Source of the DNA: Promethearchaeota archaeon
GTDB taxonomy: Archaea > Asgardarchaeota > Lokiarchaeia > Sigyniarchaeales > SOKP01
DNA: 48,469 nt
Assembly: GCA_019057865.1 (NCBI GenBank)
Contig: JAHLWP010000034.1
Coordinates: 1-48,469, forward strand
Direction of reading: 5' to 3'
Below the pieces are notes generated by a model. The model made no database searches, was not told where the DNA came from, and worked only from the letters and a program-made list of their open reading frames with translations. Position numbers and translations under genes: made by a program. Positions 20,674 through 30,068 of this stretch are shown here, piece after piece. Each line of letters starts with the position of its first letter. Position 1 is the stretch's first letter.

Positions 20674-21885
20674 ATGAATAAAAGAATTGGGGCAACTTTA
20701 TTTATACTTTTCGCATTATTAGGGCAGTTTATTGGAATAGGACTCATAAAAGTTGAGATATTTCAAGCTGGAGAAAATACAAACAACTTATCTGAAGACA
20801 GAAATTCTAGCTTGCATTCTGCTTCTACAACTTTTATAATCCCCTCAGTTCCACACTATTACCAAACAACAAATTATTATTGTGGACCCGCGAGTGTACA
20901 AATGGTATATGACTTCTATGGACCATATATTTCACAGTTAGAAATAGCAGATGTTGCTAGAGCTGATTCATCGTATGGATGTTACACAGATGATCTGAGA
21001 AGAGCAACTCATTTTAGTAGATTAAGTACCTCTGTAGGTAATGATATGCCAGGGAGCATAACAGGATACACAAATAGATCAATTGGATATGGCGCATTTG
21101 AGGTTCAATTACTAACTGTTGATTATTTAGTCGATATAGTAGGAGATGGTCACCCAGTGGTAGTTTTGCAATATTACGATGAAGGACATAGTTCTGGGCA
21201 TTTTAGAGTAGTTATTGGTTATGTTAGAAATGGTGCTATTACTCAATTAATTGTACATGATCCTTGGTATTCAGGTCCTGGACCCACAGGACCCAATGTT
21301 TATATTGATTATAGTACATTTTTAGATTTATGGTCTTATTCTACGAATTGGGCACTTTTTATTTGCCCTTGGGATGTGACTGTAAGCAGCTCATCATTAG
21401 TAGCTATTAATTCAACCTTTACTGTTAGTGCTATTGTTGAATACGTGATTCCTTCACTTTTTACTCCAGTATATACCGCTTCGACATGTAAAGCAACTAT
21501 ACAGCTACCAGCAGGATTTTCACTTGCGCCTAGTGAAATGTATACTAAAAATCTTAATCCTGTATCTCTACCAGCTGGAGATGTTGGAACAGCTACTTGG
21601 CAGGTGGTCGCAGATGTTCTTAATAGTGAAGATTTTATTTCTGTAAATGCTAGCGGATCAGTGTCAGGTTCTGTATCAGCTCATGGACCTTACTCAGGAT
21701 ATAGTTATACTGATTTAATTGGAGGTAATGGAAGTAAATTAGTTAAAATAGTAGAAAAATTACCAGAAGATGAGAATATGCTACCTATTATTATCATCAT
21801 CACAACTGCTATAATAGGTGTTGTTGTTATAAGTATTGTTGTTGTATTGATAGTACGTAAAGCTAAGAGAAAAACTCCAGAGTAA
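20674..21885 (+). CDS. secreted, C-terminally membrane-anchored C39-like cysteine peptidase
   Basis: Signal peptide; YYQ...YCGPAS, GHFRVVIGY, VHDPW; beta-rich domain; C-terminal TM plus basic tail. Confidence 0.8.
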   Translation: MNKRIGATLFILFALLGQFIGIGLIKVEIFQAGENTNNLSEDRNSSLHSASTTFIIPSVPHYYQTTNYYCGPASVQMVYDFYGPYISQLEIADVARADSSYGCYTDDLRRATHFSRLSTSVGNDMPGSITGYTNRSIGYGAFEVQLLTVDYLVDIVGDGHPVVVLQYYDEGHSSGHFRVVIGYVRNGAITQLIVHDPWYSGPGPTGPNVYIDYSTFLDLWSYSTNWALFICPWDVTVSSSSLVAINSTFTVSAIVEYVIPSLFTPVYTASTCKATIQLPAGFSLAPSEMYTKNLNPVSLPAGDVGTATWQVVADVLNSEDFISVNASGSVSGSVSAHGPYSGYSYTDLIGGNGSKLVKIVEKLPEDENMLPIIIIITTAIIGVVVISIVVVLIVRKAKRKTPE

Positions 21886-21894
21886 AATAAAAAT

Positions 21895-23154
21895 TTATCT
21901 TTTTTTTCTTTTTCGAAGAATTTCTATGAAGCTCTCAATTTGATTGAGAACTTGGGTTTCATTCATCTTTCTTGGATCATTCATGTCGCTGTCAATTACA
22001 AGTGTGGGAATATCTGCTTCTTCCATTAATTTACGTTTCAAATCATACATTCCGCAAGCATTTGGTCTACAGGACATATTATTGTGTAATAAAACACCAT
22101 CTATTTTCCAATCTCTTATAGTTTCTTTAAACTTTTCGAATCTTGTCTTAAGATCGTAAATATACCAAAAGCTGAGAACTAACTCTGCCATTGATTCTAC
22201 TGGATTATTAATAACCATTTCTTTTGTTAAATTTGGGTTTGTATATTTCGTAAAAGCATAAACATATGGTTCATATACAATAATAGCATTCCATCGCTCT
22301 AAATTTGAAAAGAAGCGGAGATTATACCAGAAGGGTATTCCTTCAAACATTAATCGAAATTCTTCTTGTTCTAAAGCACCAACTCCGTTATCTACTCTTT
22401 CTTTAGCTTCTTTGTACATTCTTTTATAAAGTTTTATAGGTGATTTTAACCCTGTCATTGTGAATAAAGGAAATAATCCCCCAAATGTATCTCTAGTGGA
22501 AACAGGGCATGGAATATTTTTTCTTAATTCAAATACTTCCTGCCATATTTTCCCTAACTCATAGGAATTAAGAGCTACCTCTTTTGCCCTTTCTGGATTA
22601 AATTCATTACCAGTCACTTCAGTTATAAAATCTAATAATTCCCAGAGCTGTTCTTTTATGTATTTTTTAAAATAATCTCTTTGTCGATTATTTGTATTGC
22701 TAACTACATGAGGAACATCAATAGTGAAATGAGGTACATTAAATCTTTCTGCTTGAACCTGAAACCAATTCACATGGGTATCACATATTACATCACTTGA
22801 TAACATAAAAGTTGGTTTTCTTGTACCTCCAACACTCATATCAGCTTTGCTTAATACGGCCCCAACATTTGTTTTAAAATAGGAACAGAGATCATAGGAA
22901 AACCCTTCTTCTTCTGCTAGTTCTATAAATTCTTGGGATTTTTTTAAAGCAGCTGAAATTGTAGCTGAATTTTCTGGTAACATTGGCTGAACATTCATAG
23001 CATATAAAAACTCTACTGGTGTACCAGCAGTTGCCCAAGCAGTTGGCTTTCCATCTCTATATGCTTGTTCAATCGCTAAGAAATGCCTACCCATTTCATT
23101 TTTTAATTTATTCGTAGCATTTAACATTTTACCTCTTCTTTTCACTTCAGACAT
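21895..23154 (-). CDS. 2-hydroxyacyl-CoA dehydratase / benzoyl-CoA reductase family subunit (HgdA/BcrB-like)
   Basis: PEN, DLCSY, ICD....WF, MSCRP, IDSDMND. Confidence 0.85.
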   Translation of the reverse strand: MSEVKRRGKMLNATNKLKNEMGRHFLAIEQAYRDGKPTAWATAGTPVEFLYAMNVQPMLPENSATISAALKKSQEFIELAEEEGFSYDLCSYFKTNVGAVLSKADMSVGGTRKPTFMLSSDVICDTHVNWFQVQAERFNVPHFTIDVPHVVSNTNNRQRDYFKKYIKEQLWELLDFITEVTGNEFNPERAKEVALNSYELGKIWQEVFELRKNIPCPVSTRDTFGGLFPLFTMTGLKSPIKLYKRMYKEAKERVDNGVGALEQEEFRLMFEGIPFWYNLRFFSNLERWNAIIVYEPYVYAFTKYTNPNLTKEMVINNPVESMAELVLSFWYIYDLKTRFEKFKETIRDWKIDGVLLHNNMSCRPNACGMYDLKRKLMEEADIPTLVIDSDMNDPRKMNETQVLNQIESFIEILRKRKKR

Positions 23155-23167
23155 TTTTTTACCTCCT

Positions 23168-24205
23168 TTAGATTATTTCACTAAATGCTTCAAATCTTGT
23201 TGCTAATTGTTTATAAGATTCTCTATTATATTCCATTTCTACAAAGAGATATGGAATTCCTAACTTCTTAAATCTTTTATTAAAATATGGATGCCCGTAA
23301 AGTACTGGTTCACAAAACTTCTGGGCTATATTTATAACACCATCTACATTATAAGTTTGTGCTAAATTCTTAAGTGTTTCAAACCTTTCAAATGATGGAA
23401 ATTTAGTTGAATAAATTGGTTTATTTAAATGGTATTCAGCTAAAGCTTTGATTGGATCCCCGTTTTCATTTACTTTATTCCAAAAATATTTGGATCCAAT
23501 GCATAAATCATCACTAATGATTTGATAACCAACATTTTCTAAAAATTTAATAAATTCGGTATCATCTATTACTGAACCGGTTAATAATATCTTTTTAAGA
23601 TCTTCATCTGAAAATGGTTTTCTCTCTTTAATTTCTGTTAATGTTAACTTAAGTTTCTCAGTCATTTTATCTTTATCAGATTGTTGGACTTCTTTAACTA
23701 ATGCATGGAATTCTGAACCTTTTAATTTCATATCGACCCGTAATTCAGAAATTTCTTTCAATAATTCTCTGATTTGATTCATTTTCTTAATGGCAAGTTG
23801 GATTTTTTCAGTGGTAATTTTTATTTTAAACGATTCCTCTAATTGTAATATCAATTCTTTTATATCATCAATAAAAAATTTCAAAGATATTTCGTTTCGC
23901 TTCAATGGAGCGTTCAGAAAAAACAGAAAGTCTAAATTCACACATTCTAACCAAATATCGAATTCCCTATTCGTGCAATCACAACCATGAGTGCAAATTA
24001 TTCCTTTTATATCATTACCCAAACCATTAATTGCTTGCTCAAGAATATTTCTAGCCCAAACGCAGTGAGTTGGAGGGATATGCTCGTTAGCTTTATCAAT
24101 ACCTATTGTGGGATTTCCAAAAAGTCTAACAGGAATCATATCAGCAGCAAGAATAATTTCCTCCGGAGTTTCAATAGAAGCGTCAAAATAAGCTATTTTT
24201 TTCAT
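23168..24205 (-). CDS. 2-hydroxyacyl-CoA dehydratase / benzoyl-CoA reductase family subunit (HgdB/BcrC-like)
   Basis: PEEII.AA, HCVW, GCD, DDLCIG, KFCEP, TRFEAF. Confidence 0.85.
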   Translation of the reverse strand: MKKIAYFDASIETPEEIILAADMIPVRLFGNPTIGIDKANEHIPPTHCVWARNILEQAINGLGNDIKGIICTHGCDCTNREFDIWLECVNLDFLFFLNAPLKRNEISLKFFIDDIKELILQLEESFKIKITTEKIQLAIKKMNQIRELLKEISELRVDMKLKGSEFHALVKEVQQSDKDKMTEKLKLTLTEIKERKPFSDEDLKKILLTGSVIDDTEFIKFLENVGYQIISDDLCIGSKYFWNKVNENGDPIKALAEYHLNKPIYSTKFPSFERFETLKNLAQTYNVDGVINIAQKFCEPVLYGHPYFNKRFKKLGIPYLFVEMEYNRESYKQLATRFEAFSEII

Positions 24206-24329
24206 TTTTAATGTTAATTCATTAATTTGCTATTCTACAATCCTAATGTTATTTTAAATCCTTAAATATTTAAAAAAATATTTATTCGATAAAATAATTT
24301 TAGATAATAATTAGATAAATATAATAAAT

Positions 24330-24638
24330 ATGGCTCAACAGACAATTCATCGAACTTTATCGAAAGCGATACTAAAGGATGAGGTTCGCATCAAGTTGAA
24401 GATTTGGAATACTTTTTTAACAGGTAAATTAAAAATGTTTGATAATTACATGAACTTAATAGTTGAAAATGCTAAAGAAATTTATTTCGGACGTGGTGGA
24501 AAGCGAAGTAAAGATTTAGGAACAGTTATGATAAGGGGCGCCTCCATAATCTTCATAGGCCAGGATCGAGAGAAGCTAATCTTCGAGCAAGACGATGAAG
24601 AGAAATTGATGCATAGAAAAGAAGCGGATAATATATAA
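24330..24638 (+). CDS. Sm/LSm-like archaeal protein with C-terminal extension
   Basis: Sm1 GKLKMFDNYMNLIV, Sm2 IRG; directly upstream of L37e. Confidence 0.85.
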   Translation: MAQQTIHRTLSKAILKDEVRIKLKIWNTFLTGKLKMFDNYMNLIVENAKEIYFGRGGKRSKDLGTVMIRGASIIFIGQDREKLIFEQDDEEKLMHRKEADNI

Positions 24639-24659
24639 AGAAGAATAAAAGTGGTAAAA

Positions 24660-24875
24660 ATGGGAAAAGGAACACCTAGCAAAGGCAAAAAAAATAAAGC
24701 AGCAAGCCACAAAACATGTAGGAGATGTGGAAAGCACTCATATCATCGCCGAAAAAGGTTCTGTGCGAGTTGTGGTTTTGGTCGAACTGCTAAGTTAAGA
24801 CAGCCCAGTTGGCGTAATAGAAATCGTCCTTTTAATGGACAGAAGTCATTTTATCGCCATAAAGCTAAGGCATGA
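24660..24875 (+). CDS. rpl37e: 50S ribosomal protein L37e (ATG 24660 preferred over GTG 24651)
   Basis: MGKGTPS.GK, CRRCG..SYH.....CASCGFG. Confidence 0.95.
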   Translation: MGKGTPSKGKKNKAASHKTCRRCGKHSYHRRKRFCASCGFGRTAKLRQPSWRNRNRPFNGQKSFYRHKAKA

Positions 24876-24975
24876 AGAAAAGATAACATTAGCTATTTTC
24901 TAAAATTTTAAATATTATTGTCTGATATTCTTCTATTTAATAATAATTCAATTTTTAAATTATCTTGAAGATTAT

Positions 24976-25350
24976 ATGAATAACTCAAAAATTGAAAGCC
25001 TCCATAAGGAATTGGAAAAATTAGAAGCTATGAGTGATATTATAGGTATAGCGATTGCAAACCGAAATGGCTTATTAACTACTTCAATATTACCTATAGA
25101 TGTTGATGAGAGAAAATTTGGGGCAATGGCGGCTACCATGTTTGGTGCCATTGAAACGGCTGCTTTAACTTTAGGAAGCAATACTGTAAATAATATAACA
25201 GTAGAATTTAATAATTACCAAATTATAGTTATGGGTATTGATGACCTAGTAATTCTCGTTTCTATGTTAGATATAAATACAAATTTAGGTATATTTTTCA
25301 TAGAAATTGAAGAAGCTATTAAAAATATTAAAAAAATTTTAAGTAGGTGA
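24976..25350 (+). CDS. roadblock/LC7 domain protein
   Basis: AIANRNGL, FGAMAATMFGAIE, NLG..F. Confidence 0.88.
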   Translation: MNNSKIESLHKELEKLEAMSDIIGIAIANRNGLLTTSILPIDVDERKFGAMAATMFGAIETAALTLGSNTVNNITVEFNNYQIIVMGIDDLVILVSMLDINTNLGIFFIEIEEAIKNIKKILSR

Positions 25351-25356
25351 AATTCA

Positions 25357-26091
25357 ATTTTAAATGAAAAGCAAAAAGAGAGGTATTCAAGACAAATTAT
25401 CTCTCCATTAATTGGTGAAGAAGGTCAAAAAAAGATATCGAATATTAGTGTATTGCAAATTGGAGCCGGAGGCCTTGGCTCACCATGTTCTATGTATCTT
25501 ACTGCTGCAGGGATAAAAAAATTAACCATAATTGACAATGATGTTTTAGATATTTCAAACCTTCAAAGACAAATTCTTTATAATGAAAATCAAATAGGTA
25601 AAGATAAAGCAGAATCAGCAAAGATGGTATTATCTAATCTAAATTCTGAAGTTCAAATACATACTTATAAAGAATATATAGAGGAAGATTCGATAAAAAA
25701 ATACATTAAAGGACACGATTTTATTGTAGATTGTTCTGATAATTTCGAGACTAAATTTTTAGTTAATAGAATTGCCTTAGAATATAATTTAAAGTGTGTA
25801 ATTGCTGGAATAAAGGATTTTTATGGGCAAATCATTACTATAAACCCAAAAAAGACTGCTTGTTATCAATGTGTTTTCAATGAACCAGATAAGATTTCTC
25901 CAGAAGAAGGACCCTTACCAGTAATAGGTGTTACTCCTGGCATATTAGGAACGTTAGAAGCTCTTGAAGTTATAAAAACAGCATTAGGACTTCCAAATTT
26001 GGAAAATAAGCTATTAATGGTAAATCTATTAGATTTAAGATTTAATATAATAGATATCATTAAAAATGAAAATTGCATTTGCTCAAAATAG
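25357..26091 (+). CDS. ThiF/MoeB/E1-like adenylyltransferase (N-terminus extends upstream of the track's TTG 25453; probable ATT start)
   Basis: In-frame upstream ERYSRQI...IGEEGQKKI; GAGGLG, SNLQRQ, DCSDNF, CYQC. Confidence 0.88.
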   Translation: MLNEKQKERYSRQIISPLIGEEGQKKISNISVLQIGAGGLGSPCSMYLTAAGIKKLTIIDNDVLDISNLQRQILYNENQIGKDKAESAKMVLSNLNSEVQIHTYKEYIEEDSIKKYIKGHDFIVDCSDNFETKFLVNRIALEYNLKCVIAGIKDFYGQIITINPKKTACYQCVFNEPDKISPEEGPLPVIGVTPGILGTLEALEVIKTALGLPNLENKLLMVNLLDLRFNIIDIIKNENCICSK

Positions 26092-26114
26092 AAGAAAAGA
26101 AAACAGAAAAATAG

Positions 26115-26663
26115 TTAGTAGTTTGCAAATTCTGGATTTTTTTTAAAAAAAGCTTTAAAATCTCTCCCGTTTTGTGCATAATCTTTAGAAGTTCTTTCCC
26201 CCACTAACTTCCCTGTTTCTGGCAATTGTTTCTTTATATCCGCAGGAACTCCAACAACTAAACATCTTGATGGAAATTCTTTATTTAATAATACCGCTCC
26301 AGCACCAACTTGTACTCCTTCTCCCAGTTTTGCATTATGTAAGACATTTGCACCAATTCCAACAACGCATCCATTTCCTATTTCTGTTGGCCCATGAATC
26401 ATCGCATGATGTCCAACAATGACATCATCACCTATAAATACTGAACTATCTTGTTCAAGATGGATTGTTACATTCTCTTGAATACTTGTATTTTTTCCAA
26501 TTTCAATTGTTCCCCAATCTCCTCTTAATACGGCTCCGAACCAGACATTTGAATCTTCTCCTATTGTAACATCTCCAATAATTACTGCTGTGGGAGCAAT
26601 AAAGGCTGTTTCATGAATTCGGGGTTCTTTTCCCGTTCTTGGGCTTGGGATAATAATTGGCAT
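26115..26663 (-). CDS. gamma-class carbonic anhydrase family hexapeptide-repeat protein
   Basis: IGDVTIG..SNVW..AVLRGD, IQENVTIH, VGHHAMIHG. Confidence 0.9.
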   Translation of the reverse strand: MPIIIPSPRTGKEPRIHETAFIAPTAVIIGDVTIGEDSNVWFGAVLRGDWGTIEIGKNTSIQENVTIHLEQDSSVFIGDDVIVGHHAMIHGPTEIGNGCVVGIGANVLHNAKLGEGVQVGAGAVLLNKEFPSRCLVVGVPADIKKQLPETGKLVGERTSKDYAQNGRDFKAFFKKNPEFANY

Positions 26664-26753
26664 CTTTAATTTTCACGTTAAACTACATTTTTGATTTTTA
26701 AGAATTAAGCTAAAAATAATAAAGTTATGATAAAAAATAATTAAATTTTTTAC

Positions 26754-27212
26754 TTATTTCAATACATTAGCATCTTTTAACATCTTTCTATGATCAAATG
26801 CTAAATCAATTTCTTTCAATTTTTCTTTAGGAACAAGTTCTACTTCTTTAGCATCATCACCGCTTTTCATATCAGAAACAAGTCCCACTATAGAACATTT
26901 AAAAGCTGTACTTTGGATTTTTCCCCGAGGATCTCTCCCTGGTTCGTCATAAACACCAATTTTTTTAATTATTTTTATAGTTAAATTAGTTTCTTCTTTA
27001 GTTTCCCTAATAAGAGCATCTTTGGTTTTTTCTCCTTTCTCAATAGCTCCACCCGGAAGTGCATAGTAATCCTTGAATGGAGGATATTTACGTTTGATCA
27101 ATACTATATTACCCTTACCATCTTCTATAATTGCATCAACAGCTTTTCCAATACCTATTTCTTTAACTTGCATTTTCATAAATAGATAACCCCAATAATT
27201 TATTAATTTCAT
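26754..27212 (-). CDS. NUDIX hydrolase (ADP-ribose pyrophosphatase-like; true start probably about 11-13 codons downstream)
   Basis: Nudix box GGAIEKGE.....LIRETKEETNL, RDPR, LAFDH. Confidence 0.88.
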   Translation of the reverse strand: MKLINYWGYLFMKMQVKEIGIGKAVDAIIEDGKGNIVLIKRKYPPFKDYYALPGGAIEKGEKTKDALIRETKEETNLTIKIIKKIGVYDEPGRDPRGKIQSTAFKCSIVGLVSDMKSGDDAKEVELVPKEKLKEIDLAFDHRKMLKDANVLK

Positions 27213-27265
27213 CTTAATTTTATAAAGTATAATAATTTTCGTTAAGCAAAAACAGAAGAAGAAAA

Positions 27266-28483
27266 ATGAGTAATTTAGAATATAATAATGAATTGGTACA
27301 AAAATACTCGCAACTTAGCAGAACTATTAATGAAGAATTCATAAATATACACCCTATTCAGCGGGGAGGAATATTAACACCTGAAGCTTTTAAAGCGTTA
27401 ATAGCTTATGGAGATGGTTATAGCTTATGTGATAATTGTTTGAAAGGAAGGATTGATCAGATTGAGAATCCACCTGTAGTAGGATTTTTAAAAGATATGG
27501 CGAAATTTCTAAATATTGATAATATTATGGTTACAGCTGCAGCTAGGGAGTCTAAACGTTTAGTTATGGAAGTTCTTTCTAAGAAGTATCCTAAACGTAA
27601 AACTGTTTTAATCGATAGTTTAGCTCATTATACAACCTATTTAGCTATTGAATCAAATAATTTGAAAGTTAGTGAAGTGCCAAACTCTGGAAATCCAGAA
27701 TTTAAAATTGAAGCAAAGGATTATGAAAAAATTATTAAAGAAGTTAGAGATAAAGAAAATGAATTACCTTTATTAGTCGTATTAACTCATGTGGATTACA
27801 AATATGGAAATTATAATGACCCGAAACCTATTGGCAAATTATGCAAAGAGTTTAATATCCCTTTTCTTTTAAATGCTGCTTATTCTGGGGGAATTTTACC
27901 AATCGATTGTAAAGAGTATTCAGCCGATTTTGTAGCATGCAGTGGTCATAAATCTATGGCTGCTTCAGGTCCAATTGGAATTTTAGGATTTAATGATGAT
28001 TTTTATGATGATATCATGGTCAATTCAAAAATCCAAGGAAATATTACTTCTAAGTCTTTTCCAAGTAAACTCTGTACTGTGATGGGATGTCCTCCTGTTT
28101 ATGGTGCTCCTTTAATTACCTTAATGGCGAGTTTTCCCACAGTTGTAAAAAGAACCCAAAAGGAATTTGTTGATGAGGAATCTAAAAAAGCTAATTATGT
28201 AATAGATAATATTAAGAATGTAAAGGGGATTGAAATTCTTGGAAAATTACCAAAAATTCATCCATTAACTAATATTAAAACTGAAGGATTTGCAAAAGTT
28301 GCTGAATCCCATCCAAGAAAGGGTTTTTTTCTAAGAGATGAATTTAAGGAAAGAGGAATTATTGGATTACTTCCAGGAATCTCTAAAGAGATGAAATTCA
28401 GCACCTATGGTTTAACTTGGGAACAGATAAAGTACTTTAAAAAAAGTTTTATAGAGACTGCGAAAAAATACAATCTCCTTTAA
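27266..28483 (+). CDS. pscS: O-phosphoseryl-tRNA:Cys-tRNA synthase (SepCysS)
   Basis: PIQRGG.LT, GDGYSLCD.C..GR, AHYT, LLNAAY, SGHKSMAASGP, FSTYGL. Confidence 0.92.
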   Translation: MSNLEYNNELVQKYSQLSRTINEEFINIHPIQRGGILTPEAFKALIAYGDGYSLCDNCLKGRIDQIENPPVVGFLKDMAKFLNIDNIMVTAAARESKRLVMEVLSKKYPKRKTVLIDSLAHYTTYLAIESNNLKVSEVPNSGNPEFKIEAKDYEKIIKEVRDKENELPLLVVLTHVDYKYGNYNDPKPIGKLCKEFNIPFLLNAAYSGGILPIDCKEYSADFVACSGHKSMAASGPIGILGFNDDFYDDIMVNSKIQGNITSKSFPSKLCTVMGCPPVYGAPLITLMASFPTVVKRTQKEFVDEESKKANYVIDNIKNVKGIEILGKLPKIHPLTNIKTEGFAKVAESHPRKGFFLRDEFKERGIIGLLPGISKEMKFSTYGLTWEQIKYFKKSFIETAKKYNLL

Positions 28484-29917
28484 TTATTCTTTAGCTCTTT
28501 TAGGAAGAATTTCCTGTAATTTTTGTTTCTTTTCATCATGCATTTTGAACATTTTAGTTTTTATTTCTTCTAAGTGTTTACCATATAAAGGATTCATAGA
28601 ATATACAAATGCAGCTAAGAAAGCTAGAAGAGCAGGAATTACCCCCATCGCTAACTTAATACCTAAAATAGTTAGGTCTGATTGAGGTTGTTGTTCTCCC
28701 CCGATTGGTTCTGTATATTTAAATAAAAGTAACATGATTGCAATAAAACCTAGTGCAAAAGACTCCGCAGGTTTAGTTACAAGGGCATTAATCCCCATAA
28801 TACCAGCTTCACGTCTTCTTCCTGTGTCTACTTCATCTTCATCAATTACATCAGCAAAAGCTACATTAAATAAAGTCATAGCAGCATATATACCTACACC
28901 TACGAAAAAAAATCCGATAACAGCTATTATTCCAGGTAGAATTCCAACTAACAAGAAACCCAATCCATGTAGGATTATAGCACGGAGCATTGCCGTTTTT
29001 ACTCCTTTCTTTTCATTGACTTTTACTGTGTAATAAGTCCCAAACATGACTCCTACAACTGTAAAGCCTACAACCAATAGTAATAACAGATCTGAATTAA
29101 ACTCTGGAATTGCGTAGTAAGTATAGAAAAAAAGATTTCCAAAAAATACAGACTGTACAAAAATTAAGAAAAAGTTCATTATAACGGTTGTTAAAAAAGA
29201 TTTTCTTTTTAAAGTATTCTTAAAAGAATCAAAAAAACCAATAGGCTCATCAACATGAGAAAACTCCAATCTCTCTTTAACAGTTAAAGCAGTTATACTC
29301 ATTGTTATGAACTGTACAATAGCTAATATAATAGTTAAATAAATAAATCCTTCTCTCCCTGGCTGATCTAAAAATAACGAGGGTAATAATAATGCTATGA
29401 GAGTCCCCATTACCCCCAATGCTAGGGAATAAACTTGAATGCTTGCTCTTTCTCTATGATCCATACTTAACTCCTGCCCTAAGGCGGTCCACACTAATAA
29501 TGCTGCTGTAAAAGCTGTATCATAGATACAAATTAATATAAGCATATAAAAAAACACTCCAAGTTCACCTACTTCACCTTTAGTTGGACTTAACCATAAA
29601 AAGATAAAGGAGATCGCCATTATAGGCGTAAAAACTGCTAAATAAGGGATCCTTCTACCCCATTTCGTCTTTGTTTTATCAGAAAGCCAACCAAATAAAG
29701 GGTCATTTATAGCATTCCAAATTGCAAAAAACATAAATGCCCAAAAAAGATATACTTCTGGAAGAAGCATCTTTTCTCTAAAATAAAAAATAAGGGATGC
29801 TTGAAAAACTCCATGAATAACCTGAGTTCCTAATGATGTTAAGCTATAAGAAAATTTAATAGATGGTTTTACCAATTCTTCTGGGGCTATTTCACTTTGA
29901 TGCTCCACTTTAATCAC
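28484..29917 (-). CDS. MFS transporter, glycoside-pentoside-hexuronide (MelB/MFSD2-like) family
   Basis: WNAINDPLFGWLSDKTKTKWGRRIPY, DVIDEDE..TGRRREA. Confidence 0.9.
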   Translation of the reverse strand: MIKVEHQSEIAPEELVKPSIKFSYSLTSLGTQVIHGVFQASLIFYFREKMLLPEVYLFWAFMFFAIWNAINDPLFGWLSDKTKTKWGRRIPYLAVFTPIMAISFIFLWLSPTKGEVGELGVFFYMLILICIYDTAFTAALLVWTALGQELSMDHRERASIQVYSLALGVMGTLIALLLPSLFLDQPGREGFIYLTIILAIVQFITMSITALTVKERLEFSHVDEPIGFFDSFKNTLKRKSFLTTVIMNFFLIFVQSVFFGNLFFYTYYAIPEFNSDLLLLLVVGFTVVGVMFGTYYTVKVNEKKGVKTAMLRAIILHGLGFLLVGILPGIIAVIGFFFVGVGIYAAMTLFNVAFADVIDEDEVDTGRRREAGIMGINALVTKPAESFALGFIAIMLLLFKYTEPIGGEQQPQSDLTILGIKLAMGVIPALLAFLAAFVYSMNPLYGKHLEEIKTKMFKMHDEKKQKLQEILPKRAKE

Positions 29918-30068
29918 ATCACTGTTTTATTCTTAATTCAGATTTTTCTTTTAATTTAAAAATAATAAAATTTCAATTTTATTATATATAATGGTTATGT
30001 TTTAATTTTTTATAATCAGAGAACTTATTTTTAATTGAATTTTTATTCATATAAAAATAAAAATTTTT

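Noticed and set aside
25348-25350. Selenocysteine readthrough of the TGA between roadblock and ThiF (and of the TGA before the Ubl)
   Set aside because: The TGA is not at a catalytic Cys position, no SECIS-like element was recognised, it forms part of an SD-like AGGTGA, and the Ubl frame has another stop just upstream.
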